From Basidiobolus meristosporus CBS 931.73 (lineage: Eukaryota; Fungi; Basidiobolomycota): a DNA stretch of 64,000 bases. This document shows, one piece after another, positions 13,757-26,159 of this stretch. The position numbers were made by a program, and so were the translations under genes. Positions within the stretch are counted from its first letter, which is position 1; each line of letters opens with the position of its first letter. The notes beneath the pieces were generated by a model. That model had not been told where the DNA came from, did not search any database, and saw only the letters and a program-made list of their open reading frames with translations. The stretch lies in contig MCFE01000513.1 in assembly GCA_002104905.1 (NCBI GenBank), positions 199 to 64,198 on the forward strand, read 5' to 3'.

Positions 13757-14192
13757 CTATTTACACATGCTGGAATCAGGGCAGTCTTGGGCTCATATGT
13801 TGCCAACCACATGACAGTTATCCACTTGTACCATGTACATGGTAAGTTGCATCCCGGAATGATTTTGGGAAGAAGTAGTAATAAATGCTCAAAGCCCCCA
13901 TTACTGATATTAGTGGAAACATACCACTTCTCTAGCCACAACATTATGTCATTCACCAGTAGATGGATTACTTGGCTGACTTGGCTCCATGAAGTATCCT
14001 TGGCATTTGTCTCAATGGGTGTTGTCCCATTGCATATAGGGATCTGACCAGGCTCATATGTGGCACAGTTGTTAGGGGAGATAGGCTCACATTCCATCAG
14101 GGAACCTTCTTTGTCAGAGCTATCACTCTGTGTGCAATATTCAGAAGGCTGAGGTGAGCCTAAAGGAGTCACAAATTCACCTGACTCAGTTT
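13757..14192 (-). pseudogene. 5' part of the copy B transposase
   Basis: ORF 13711-14217 (WLEKWYVSTNISNGGFEHLL...IPACVNSC) is homologous to 10996-11290. Confidence 0.8.
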
Positions 14193-14196
14193 GCAC

Positions 14197-15266
14197 TGTG
14201 GTGATGTATAAGTCCAACGGAGAGATATGTCTAACACTTCTGCAAGTGTTTTGTGTGTGGGGTGTTCATTGGATGCAATAACCTCTGGCAAAAGCTTGCT
14301 AGGAATACTTGGGTTCTGTCTCTACTCTGATGTGATGGGGAATAAAGCCACAAACTTGTCAAGGGAAAACTATTGAGCTACAATCCCCACTTAGTTGGCA
14401 TCTTAACAGTAAGTATGTGCTGGGCTCAGCATCCTTTGAGATGACAATGTACTAATGCATCCAAAGTCATAACAACTGTAAGCTCCACCAACAGGAACTT
14501 GATAAGAATGCAGCTGTGATCAATAGTTACAAAGACAAAAACTATCTTTGCCTGTACAAGAACAAACTTGGAAAAGAATTAAATATAATAAATGATACCT
14601 ACTCTGAATATTCCTCACAAGTAGTGCCTCCAAGATCAGTTGGCTGTCAGCGCAGTTTCCTGGGAGTGTCTTGTGGTCTGGGATTGGAAGTTCTGGTAGC
14701 AGCAGGTAGCAATTATCACACTAATCAACAAGTTGATATATTGATAAAAAGGATGATGATTTATTGTTGAGGATTGCCTCCCTTATATACTTTTCTCACT
14801 GGCTAAGTGATTACTAATCATGGTGCTCCCAAAGGTTCTGGAGATCAATAGAAATCTTAATGATATCAGAATGGGCTAAGAGTATTCTAAGTAGGTGCTG
14901 GAAGGTTCTAAGTGGCATGGCATAGCCAACCAATCAGGAATCAGTTCTCTGAAACCTTTGTAACATAAGCATACCATATATGGTATGGAAATGGTAGGGA
15001 TGGTGACATGGGTTTATCATGTGTCACAGGTACTGGTGTGGGTACTTACCAAATATAGGAGCACTTACAGCTAGTAATCTTGCATAAAGTGAGGTATAAC
15101 TTATGCAATAAGGTAAGCAGGTGTGATAGTCAACTGGCTCATGGGATAGTACTGATCAGGTAACATAAATGGGATAAGACTAAAATAAGTGTAGTAGAGA
15201 AATATGGAAGTAGAAAATATGGGAATGAGTACATCTGTCAGTGGGTGTCACTGTGACCCCACTACA
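14197..15266 (-). mobile_element. Solo LTR (1070 bp), gypsy-type, 4-bp TSD GCAC
   Basis: TG...CA ends; GCAC at 14193-14196 and 15267-15270. Homologous to 37175-38244. TATA-like gtatataagg and aataaa occur on the minus strand near 14760-14790. Confidence 0.9.
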
Positions 15267-15728
15267 GCACAAGGTGACAAAGACAGCCAGGTGCTAATAT
15301 AGAAGTATCAACTGGCCGGCAAGATAATTTGGTACAGTAGTGACTAATGAATGGTCAAATATGACTTGTATGGCAAAACACTGGCCATGATGCTTGTAAT
15401 ACTTCTTATGCTGTCTGTGTGCTTCATGGCTGGGAGGCTTACTGCAATAGCCACATGGTCTTTTTTCTCTTCTCTTACAGCATTGAGTCAAAGTAGTCTT
15501 GTCCATGGGGCAAACAGTTTGACCTACAACAATGTAAAGCTATTGTATCATTTTTTGGTCAATACTCATGTGAATTTAAGAAAGTCCTGTATTTGAGATA
15601 TTGCACCTACATGAATGTAAGATTCAATGATGCCCTGCAATAGTAAGCATTATGATTAAAGTTGTGGCACCACATACACACGTACATGTAACACTATTCC
15701 CCCTTTGGTTTGACTCACTTCCATATAT

Positions 15729-17693
15729 ATGTTGCCAAAAAATAAAGCAAAGTCATCAGGTTCCCAACCAAGCCCTACCACCAACAGCAGCAGAAGAATG
15801 GCTGGACAACAGCTTGCTTTGACATTCAGTGCAACAAGCAGGACTACATCCAAAAAAGGCCATGTTGACAGTGTGCCTGCTGAAGGTAATAATGCAAACT
15901 CCTCAGGCTCTCAGTCTAGTAGGCAATTGAGAACCTCTGTGGAGCCACAAGCTGACTATTATGCACAGGTAGATGAGAATGTAGCAAACACAGTACCCTC
16001 AGTTGAACACCAGCAAGTGGCCATGATAACATCACCACCACCCATATTAGCAAGTATATTGTCAGCTCATACCAAAGCATTAATGAAGTAATTAGGTGCA
16101 GTGGCTGCTAGGATAAATGCTATGGTGCAGAGAAACCAGGAAATAGTCCAGAAACAGGATGAGCAGATAATACATGTCGAGCAATCAATATTCTAGGTAG
16201 AGAAAGCAGTGTCTTTGCTGCAAAGAAGGAACTCAAGCAGTTCAATGTTGCAGCCAAGATTTGAGCCATTCCCAATGTGATAGCAGAGGAACACCATACA
16301 GTCTTTGAAGCACAACTACGGTGCCCAAAGTTAAAACCCTCAGAAAGGCCTATCACAGCATGGGAGGGATACAATGTGGTATTTAGACTGAAGCCTAAAA
16401 ATCAAAAGACATTGAAGATCTGTGAAGCCGTTGAGTGCAATAATGAAGAGTTGGCTAATATACAAGAGGCTGTCAGAAGTTTAGTACACCATCACCTTGA
16501 GGCCAGCATACCTTAGAAATATCAGGAATTCAAGGCCAGGCAGAATGCATTTGACTTGCTCCATGAGCATTATCCTGAATTCAAATGGGCAAACAGATGC
16601 AGGGCCAGCATTGATTTGCTAAGAAAGTATTTTAAGAATAGCAGAAACTATCTGAGGCAGAAGAACAAGGGTGCCATGGCTAAAAATCAGTGGCTTCCTC
16701 AAAAGCCCATTACAAGCAGGGCCAAAAGCTCAAGACAAGTGTCAAAGAGATGTCAGGTAGCTGGAAGGGTGCCAATTAGGGGCAAGCAGGCAGACACAGA
16801 TGCACCAGCACAATATATATATCAAGGAAAAAGCGTAGTACCACTCAAGAAGCACTCAGTCAAAGTAGCAGTGATGGACCTGGCAATGATAAAAACCTGT
16901 GGCTTTTACAGGAGCCTGTCACAACTACAGTTGAGAGCTTAAAACAAGCAGAAAAGAAACATCTGGTTGCCAGAAGAGTGCCAGGAAGGGACAAGCAGGC
17001 CAAAAGAGATGCGTCAGTGCAGAATTTATCAAGTAGAATATGTAGCTCAATAGAAAAAGCACTCAGACAAACTAGCAGTGAAAGGCCTGGCAGTAATAAA
17101 GGAAAAGGCAAAGGGAGAAATGTTTGCCCAAGTCAAAGACATGGAGGCATGAAAGAAAAACAGCAGTTCCTGCCAATTAACACCGCAGCCCCAAACAGAC
17201 TGAATTCTATCATAGCCCAGAAGAACTACCAACAAGAAAACAGCTGTTTTCACAAGAGTTGGAAGCACAGCTAGCTGAGCTACACTCTAGCAAGGTAGAT
17301 GAGTTTGCAGAAAAAGGCAATTTGTCTACCTCAGCCTCTACATCCTCCATTGTTGACAGGGTGGAGATCTCACTGACAGACAAGACTACCACGTCAAGAA
17401 CTCAAAAGAATATCCCAATGCCTTTGGTGGAATTTTGGAGCATTAATAGGCACACCAAGAGGTTGCAGCACTTCTTCAAGAGCAGAGCTCAAGAAAATGC
17501 ACTTGACTATTGCAAGGATTTATTGCAAAGACTGGCAGATGAGGTGCTAGACCTTGCAGTGCTGGCCAAAGACCAGGATGTGTGGGAACCAGTGAATAAA
17601 GAGTGGTATAAAGCCATTAGGTTCTTGAAAAAGTTGTTGAACCAGAGTATTACAGCAGAAACACTTATTGAGTGGTGGATTTTAATGGAGTGA
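15729..17693 (+). pseudogene. Accessory ORF-X of EnSpm-like copy B, decayed
   Basis: Consecutive ORF fragments 15729-16091, 16277-16516, 16556-16942, 16978-17274 and 17259-17693, homologous in three copies. Confidence 0.7.
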
Positions 17694-18121
17694 CTTGTTG
17701 AGTGTGGGGTTGGGGTTAATGTTAGTGCAGGGTATAGGGACTTGCATAAGTCAATACAATTGGCAATTGAGGTACAACTGAAGTTTTGAAGGAAATAAAT
17801 CAATTTGTACACATGAAAAGTAAGAGGAATGGTTGAGTCAGGGAGTAAGGAGTGAGAAAAAAAGGCAATAGCCAATCAACACACCCAAACATAGGAGGTG
17901 ATAGTGTGTCCAGTATCAGAAAGTGAGCAAATTGGCAGGGAACCAATCAAAAGCCACTTCTGTATTGTTGTGATGAAAAATTTTGACTAAGTTTTTTGTG
18001 AAATCTGGGGTGCAATTATTTTTCAATGGTCTCTGGACAGTGTTCTGACAGGATCAGTACCACTTAGTCACAGGACTTTAACTTTGGACGGCCTTTTGAC
18101 ATATTTTTTCAACCATTCAAC

Positions 18122-18491
18122 TGCTGTAAGAGACTTGGAGATATTGGAAGTGATTGGGAGTACAAGTATATTGTGTGGTTTTTACTTAATCATTTATTGA
18201 ATGTAAAAGTAGTATTCATACTTTACATAAAAGTAGTATTCATACTTTTACATGGTCTTTGCATAACAGACCCATTGAATAGGTTCAGGAAGGTCCCAAG
18301 AACATGTGTGCAGCATGGGGCTGTTTGGACAACTTTGAGAATTTTTGTGATTTGGGTGCCTGGTATTTTGGTCAAAATATTCTAAGTAAATTCCATCAAG
18401 GAATTTGGTCAGTATTCCCTAGGTTTTGAAGGTAATGATAAAAGTTACCCAGCTAGGTGAATATTTAGATGGAATTACAACTTTTACAACA
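18122..18491 (-). mobile_element. Diverged copia-family LTR (solo) with an internal ~24-bp tandem duplication
   Basis: Reverse complement of the copia LTR; taaaagtagtattcatactttaca occurs twice at ~18204-18252; no clean TSD. Confidence 0.75.
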
Positions 18492-18762
18492 ATTCAAACA
18501 ATGGTTTCCCCTATGTCTTGTTCTTTATGGAAATATTCTGGTCTCCCAAGTGCATCAAATCACCATAAACTGTGAGAATCCCTTAGTAAGGCTGTAATAT
18601 GGTTGGCAGCTTGCAATACTTGACCCTCTGAACAATGTTATGGCCAGATTGTGCCATAGTTTTGCCATCTAAAATGCCTGACATAATGATAGACTTGATG
18701 GTGATCAGACCGCCTTATGACAAAGTTATGATCACTTGGAAATGGTCCTATTGTAGCTTATG

Positions 18763-19090
18763 TATTAGGAGTCTTGAGGATATTGGAAGTGATTGGGAGG
18801 ACAAATAGATTATGTAGTGCTCACTTAATGATTTATTGAATATAAGTGTAGTATTTATACCTTTACATCATGTTGGCATTACAAACATGTAGAATAGGAT
18901 TAGAAAGGTCCCAAGAGCATGTGCTCAAAACCTGGGGCTGTTTAGAAAAGTTTTAGAGTTTTCAAGTTCTGGATACCAGGTATTTTGGTGAAAATATTCT
19001 ATGAATTGTTGTAAAATTTGTGATACAACCTAAATATTCACCCAACTTAGTCACTTAGATCAGTACCAGAACATGAAAATTCTCAAACTT
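18763..19090. repeat. Two abutting copia LTR fragments (minus ~18763-19005, plus ~19011-19090 with an internal deletion)
   Basis: Matches to the copia LTR (gagtcttgaggatattggaagtgattggg; tgttgtaaaatttgt...cctaaatattcacc). Confidence 0.6.
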
Positions 19091-20933
19091 GCGCAATAAT
19101 TCTTGTAATGACAGAAAAGCTTAACAAGGGATCTCCTTTAATAGACTAGGGTAGATGGTTCACAGTACTTGGTATATATCTCCTCTAATGTGGCAAAAGG
19201 AAATCCAGTGGTAATGATGGGATTAATGAGAAAAAACCACTCAGATGAGGAAGTTATACCAAAACTGGTATGTGACCAAGCAGAGGTGATATGAATTGAT
19301 TTGGTGTGATCAGCATAATTTATTTGATTTTCAATACATTATGATTAAGTCTCCAACAATTGCCATGAATCCTATCATTATATTGCAAAAATCATCCTGT
19401 AACAATGACTTGGAGATTTTATTGGTGATCTACTCACAAGTCTATAGTCAAATTGAAAATTTGCAATTGATGTGATCTGATCCATTGCAACACTATCCAA
19501 AATGTATCATGTATAATAGACTTGTTATGTTAGATAATGCCATATAGTGCCAGCCTGTTTAGAGTGCTCAATCAATCTGGCACTCTACAGCACTAGCTGG
19601 CACTTTAATTTCTACCATTATGCCAGTGGTAGGATACAGTTACTGGTGTTTGTACTCAATCTTACTAATGTTGCTCAGAACAGTGCTTTTATTTCTTTAT
19701 ATATACCTCATAATGCTCCAGACACATTTCTCTTGGTGGATGTTGTCTTGTATCAATATACTGTGCATTAATAATACCTTACCTATTTTACTTATTCTAA
19801 GCTCCCTTTTCCTCTACAACTCTTATATCAAGACTTGCAACATTGGTAGCAGCTATAACTAGAAACCTCCCTCCCAATGAAAGAAGAAGCCTTCCTCAAG
19901 ATGTTCAAAAATCAAGAATGGAAGAATGCTGTGCAGCAAATCCAGGCCCAACAGCACCAGTTACTCCAGATCCTTAGCCAGCAGCAACAAGGAATGGCTA
20001 CAATGGCCCAAAGCCAGCAAACCCTGTCCAGATCAACTTTAGTGTGAAGGTCAACTGGTACCATAGTAAAGGCAATGAAAACCTGGGCACCTGGCTCCTC
20101 CAGATTGAAGAAGCTTTCAAGGCTAAGTGAGTTGCAGTTTATTCTATCTTGGCACACTTACTATGCCTCACCCCAGAGCCCCATCAGTATTAGCCAATAT
20201 CTCTTGGCATCCATATTGCCAAGAAGTATATATAGTCTTATCCCCCCTTATGTATTCCTCAGTTGGATAAATACAGGTCTTGAATAAACAGCCTTGCCTT
20301 GGAAACATATCTTGCCTTGTTGATCCACACCTAAGTCCTTTCCTGGTCCTGCCTTGCCTAGCTGTACTCTCCTGCCTTGTGTCTATTCATAACAAGAAGC
20401 CATCAAGATTGCTGTTGACTATAAATAAGCTATACTTGGAGTTGGAAAGCCCACAATGACTGATCAGAGAGGTTACAATCACTATGAAAGAAGACAATCA
20501 GAAGCAGTGCCAACAGAAATAGATGCTATGCAGAAGAATCCCACCTCAGAAGTTTGTAAGAAGAAAGGACTTTGCTTCAATTGCCACAAGCAGGGACATA
20601 TTGCAAAGTACTGCCCTCACAGAAGAAATTGATGCCAGCCATCAAGAACCTTCAATCATATTGAATCCCTTGAGCAGAGTAACATGGAGGATGCACTTGA
20701 AGAAAACTCAGAACTCACCTTCCATATGACAGAAAAACACCTATTCCAGATGACCACAAACTCAGGAAAGCTATTATGCTTCAGTGGAGTATTCAATGGA
20801 ATAACTGCCTAGATCATTATTGACTAAGGAGCATTGCATGAGTACATGTCAAAGCAATTTGCTTTGAAAGCTGGAATCAAGTTGGAACCCACAAAATCCA
20901 CTTCAGTCTCAATAGCTGTTTGGAACTCTCACA

Positions 20934-21305
20934 TGTTACAAGCCATGGTATAAGAGTAGTAGAGGAATAGGGAGTTTAGCTAGTATTGTATTTACTAAAA
21001 CCTGAAATGATTTTTATTGAGGTTCCAGCAGCCCCTTATATGCATTTTTGCCAGATCTATTGCTGACTAATTGTATTTGCCAATGTGGGCTGTGGCTGAT
21101 GACTCATTAGATTGCATTAGCATCACCCAATAAGATCCTACTTAATGTATATCTATTCCTGTCTGATAAGTGTCTGCTGATTCATCTGCTGACTAATGCT
21201 ACTGATTTGGTAGATAATACTGATATACTGATAGGCTAAACATATAACTACTTGACTTGACTAAAAACTGGTCTAACTTAAGCATTTAAGCGGTAGATCA
21301 TAACA
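20934..21305 (-). repeat. 3' LTR of gypsy F
   Basis: Homologous to 24494-24849 and 32679-33047. Confidence 0.85.
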
Positions 21306-21357
21306 TTCTCCCCTACTGAAGCTGAGAGGGTTCTCCTGAATCACTTTTCTTATGTTA

Positions 21358-23369
21358 TTAACATCTTGAAGGTTCAGTATTGTTGGCAAGTCTTGCAAGC
21401 TTCAGTCTGTCTCTATGAACTAAATCTTTCCAGATGTTCCCTTGTTTGTCCGCTAGTTGGTAAGTTGCAAATGGACATTCTTTGATGCTCATAAGAGGAC
21501 CTGTCCTTTGTGGCTCTAACTTCTTCCAAGTATTGTTTCTCAGCAATACAAAGTTCCTAACTGTCAATGATTCTGGTGATATAGTCTTATCAAATCCCGG
21601 CTTCATCTTTTCTGCACTTTGAGATACTTTTGCCTGTGCCTCTTGATGTCTTTGTTCCAGCTGCTGGTGTCTACTTGGCTGACTGAGTTCATCTTCTAAG
21701 ACATTTGTAAGCTTTGGTTGTGTGAGATCACCTGGAATCCTTGGTTCACATCCATACACTGAGTAAAATGGCAATTGTTGAGTGGGGTTGTGCACTCTTA
21801 CTCTGTATGCAAAGAGTGCATGGTCTATATACTCATCCCATCTACTGACAGCTTCATTTGCATACTTGGTCAGCATTTTTCCATATAATCCATTAAACTG
21901 CTCAGTGACTTCATTAGTACTAGGATAATATGCCAAGGTTTTTGAGTGTCTGATGTGCTGCATTTCCAGGTAAGCTTCCAATGTCTTTGCTATAGACTTT
22001 GCTCCTCTATGAAGTTGAATCTCTACAGGGCATCTAAACTTCATAAGGATCTCATGGTAGATGAAACTTGCAACTTCTTGTTCACTGGGTACAGGTACTG
22101 CTTTAGCCACTGGCCATTTAGTGGCATGGTGAATTGCTACTAGAATCCAATGGTTGCATTTCCTGGTAGTTAGCAATCTTCCAATAAAGTCAGTTCCCCA
22201 CCTTTCAAATGGTCTTATTGGCTCCAAGGGAAAGAGTTTGGCAAATCTCTGTGGTTGGCCTTGGTTGATTTGGCAACTTGGGCGTATTTTTACTAGCTTC
22301 TCAATGTCTTTTTTCATTCTGGGCCACCATGCTCTGGCTTTCACAAGGCCATAGGTTCCTTCAACTCCATGATGACCATATCTGTTGTGTAGCTGATGTA
22401 TTAAATCCAGGCAAGCAACATAAGGGCAAGTGGCAATAGGGCTCCCATCAACAATTTGGTAGAGTGTTTCATCCTGTACCACAAATTTGCTGGCTTCATC
22501 CTGGATTATCTTCTTGATCTCTTCATCCACCTCATTAGGAATGGCTTGGTCCTCCAAGTACTTTGGTAATAGGCTAGGCCAATCTGATTCATGCACCAAG
22601 TTAAGTTGTGCAACTTGTTCAAATCTTGATAAATCATTAGCAACTGTGTTGTCTTTTGCAGGGCAGTAGACAATCTCCAAATCAAATTGCTGAATGTATT
22701 CACTCCATCTTGTCATTCTCTAGAGAGTACCTTCTGAGTAAATATATACTTGAGGGAGGCATGATCAGTCTTCACAGTGCATTTGACTCCTTCAAAATAG
22801 TGCCAGTCATATGTGTCCCAGATGTTCAACATGCTCCTTGAAGAATTCACACTTGGCTAGCTTGCCATATAGTTTGTTCTCTCTTAGCTTCTTCAAGACC
22901 TTTTCAATGTGCACCATGTGATCCTCTACTGTCTTGCTGTATAACAATATGTCATCTAGGTAGATTATCACAAACTTGTCTAAGTACTCCTGGAAGACAG
23001 TCTGAAACAGGGTCATGAATGTTGCAGGGGCATTGGTAAGGCCAAAACTCATGACTAAGTACTTGTAATGTCCATATCTGATCCTGATTGCTGTCTTAGG
23101 GTTGACTTCTGGCTTCACCCTAATCTGGTAGTATCCTGACATCAGGTTAATCTTGCTGAATATAGTGGCTCCATTGAGTTAGTCCAAAGCTCATCAATCC
23201 AAGGTGTGGGGTACTTATTCTTCATAGTAACTGAGTTGGGGGCTCTGTAGTCAGTGCACATCCTGAGTGTTCCATCCTTCTTCTTCACAATAAGTACAGG
23301 TGCTCCCCAAGGTGACTGGCTGGGTCTGATATATCCTTGCTCCAATAAATGATCTATTTGTCTCTTCAT
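21358..23369 (-). pseudogene. pol: gypsy pol remnant (partial RT, RNase H C-terminus, integrase)
   Basis: ORFs 23142-23369, 22807-23142 (YLDDILLYS) and 21358-22716 (HHCC zinc motif, WGTDFIG, NEVTEQFNG). Confidence 0.85.
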
Positions 23370-24493
23370 CTCTTCCTATTCCACTTGACTCATTCCATAA
23401 GGTGTCTTACTCACTGGAGGGCTAACTCCTGAGCCAATGGCATGATCCACCTCTTGGACTGGTGGTAGGCTGGCAGGTCCATCTGGAAATATGTTGGAAT
23501 AATCCTTCAAAGAGTCTGAACCTTCTGGGGTACTGGAGTAGAGAAATCCTCCTATAATACTGCCATGGGAATAATCTGGGTGCCTTTTCCAAGTGCTCAA
23601 TAGAACTGTGTCTTGCTAAGTTCACTTGTTTCACACACATTGGAATTGACCTAGTTGAAATCCAGTCTGGCCAATAATAGCTATAGGTCTTGTTGTCCTC
23701 CTAGATCTGAGTAGCATGGGTTCCCCAGTTGATTGATGGATTGCAACAAAATAGCCCTCTGGAATAGGTAATGATCTGTCATATGGAAGGTGAGGTCTGA
23801 GTCTTCTTCAAGTTCATCCTCCATGTTACTGTGCTTAAGGGCTCCAATATGGATGAAGGTTCTTCATGGCTGGTGTCCATTTCTTCTCTGAGGGCACTAC
23901 TTTGCAATAAGTCCTTACTGGTGGCAATTGAAGCAGAGGCCTTTCTTCTTACAAGCTTTGGCGGTCGGAATCTTCTGCAAAGCATCTACTTCCATGGGCA
24001 CTGCATATGATTGTACTTTAAGCTTAATAGTGTCTGCTGGTATGGAGGTTCAGAAGCATCTGGAATTTCTGACACAAACTCATCCCAGGTAGAAATTGTT
24101 GAGCATCCCACCATGGTGGCTTACCAGATCTTGTTGTGGTACCACTGTAAAGCTGCATCTGCCAGGTAAGCGGCTGCATAATGTAAGTAGCTATCTGGAG
24201 CAATTCCCTTAGCCATGAAAGTTTCTTCAATCCAGAAGTGCTAAGTTCCCAGGTTTTCATTGACTCTACCATGGTACCGGTTGACCTTCACACTTAAGTT
24301 GCTCTTGACAGGGTTTTGCTGGCTTTGGGCCATTGTAGCCATTCCTTGTTGCTGCTGGCTAAGGATCTGGAGTAACTGTTGCTGTTGGGCCAGCATTTGC
24401 TGCACAGCATTCTTCCATTCTTGATTTTTGAACATCTTGAGGAAGGCTTCTTCTTTCATTGGGAGGGAGGTTTCTAGTTATAGCTGCTACCAA

Positions 24494-24849
24494 TGTTGCA
24501 AGTCTTGATATCAGAGTTGTAGAAGAATAGGGAGCTTAGCTAGAATAGTATTCACTAAAACTTGAACTGATTTTTATTGAGGTTCCAGCAGCTCCTTAGA
24601 TACATTTTGCCAGTTCAATTGCTGAATAATTGTATTTCCTAATGTAAGTTGTGGCTGATGACTCATTTTACTGCATCATCATCACTCAATAAATCCTACT
24701 TAGTATATCTATTTGTGTCTGCTGAGGATCTGCTGACTTATGCCACTGATTTGATAGCTAATACTGATATACTAATAGGCTAAACATATAGCTACTTGAT
24801 CTGATTAAAAACTGATTTAACTTAAACATTGGAGCTGTAGATCATAACG
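24494..24849 (-). repeat. 5' LTR of gypsy F
   Basis: Adjacent to the PBS; homologous to 20934-21305. Confidence 0.85.
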
Positions 24850-26159
24850 CACATAATCAACTGTACTACTCAGCCAGTTAGGATGAAGACCAATTACTAT
24901 GAAGAAAACCTACAGTCCTTTACATTTGGAACTGTAAGTTTGGCCTTGTACTTGGAAAAACCTGGCTATTTTGTTGTAATCCATCAATCAACTGAAGATC
25001 CCAGGCTACTCAGATCCAGAAGGAAAATAATACCTATGATCTTTTACCTGCCAAACTGGATTTTAAGTTGGTCAATTTCAGTGTGTGTGAAATAAATGAT
25101 CTTCGCAAGACACAGTTCTGTAGAGCACCTAGATAGGTACCCAGATGTTCTTCATGATGATATACAGGACAAATTTTCTACTCCAGCATCCCAGAAGGTG
25201 CATTCTCATTTGAAGGAATATTCATATGTATTTTCAGAGAAACTCATAAGGCTACCACCAGTCAGAGGCATGGATCATGCCATTGACAAAGGAGATAGCA
25301 CTCCAGTCAGTAAGACACCTTACAGAATGAGTCCATTGGAGTTGGAATAGATGAAGAGACAAGCAGATTAGTTATCAGAGCAAGGATACATCAGACCCAG
25401 CAAGTCACCTTGGGGAGCAACAGTACTTCTTGCAAAGAAGAAGGATGTAGCACTCAGGATGTGCATTGACTACAGTGCCATCAACTCAGTTACCATGAAG
25501 AATAAGTACTCCATACCTTGGATTGATGAGCATTTGGACCAACACAATGGAGCTACAATACTCAGCAAGATTGACCTTATATCAGGGTACAACCAGATTG
25601 GGTGAAACCAGAAGACATCCCTAAGACAGCAATCAGGACCAGATAGGGATATTACAAGCTCCTAGTTGTGAGTTTTGGCCTTACCAATGCCCCTGCAACA
25701 TTCATGACCTTGATGCTAGCAGTCATCCTGGAATACAAGTTTGTGGTAATATATCTGGATGACATATTGATATGCAGCAAGATAGCTGAGAAACACTTGG
25801 TGCACGTTGAAAAGGTCTTGAAGAAGCTAAGAGAGAACAAGCTGTATGGTAAGCTAACAAAGTGTGCATTCTTGAAGGAACTTGTTGGGTACCTGAGACA
25901 CATAGTGACTAGTACAGAAGTTACCCCAGACCCAACAAAGATAGAAGTCATCAAGAAGCTGAAGCAGCTCCATAGCATATCAGAACTCAGATCATTCCTT
26001 GGAATGGTCTCCTATTATTGGAGATTTTTTAAGTCCTTTGCAAGTATTGCAGCCCCTTTAACTGATATTCTAAAGAAACACAACACCATGAGGTGCAACA
26101 GAACAAGTCTATCATATGGAAAATTCCACAAACACAATGGTCCTCAGATAATTCATATA

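Larger units (their letters stand above)
836..18112 (-). mobile_element. CMC/EnSpm (CACTA-like, tnp2-type) DNA transposon, copy B (outer host of nested insertions); right end approximate
   Basis: Starts with terminal motif CCCTATATAAATAATTT (836). Transposase pieces at ~1200-3323 and 13757-14192 join across the inserted copy A; accessory ORF is at 15729-17693. After removing copy A and the 1070-bp solo LTR about 5.7 kb remains, matching copy A's native length. Confidence 0.75.
20934..24849 (-). mobile_element. Ty3/gypsy element F, internally deleted, same family as G, 4-bp TSD CACA
   Basis: LTRs at 24494-24849 and 20934-21305; CACA at 20930-20933 and 24850-24853; PBS (reverse complement) at 24483-24492; PPT agtaggggagaa adjacent to 21305; gag, partial RT, RNase H tail and integrase present. 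Confidence 0.85.
19780..26110 (+). mobile_element. Decayed Ty3/gypsy element G (LTR remnant, PBS, gag, PR, RT), interrupted by element F; ends approximate
   Basis: LTR end caaca at 19842 followed by PBS TGGTAGCAGC at 19844-19853 (tRNA-iMet-like). Gag knuckle at ~20560-20620. RT at 25300-26110 (FGLTNAPATF, IYLDDILI). Confidence 0.75.

Noticed and set aside
13711-14217. ORF start MDLYITT as the transposase initiation site
   Set aside because: The ATG lies inside the solo LTR (14197-15266), and the C-terminal MKNNLVP comes from the copy A terminus.
18117-18496. Possible TSD around the solo LTR at 18122-18491
   Set aside because: Flanks tcaac and attca do not match as a 5-bp duplication.
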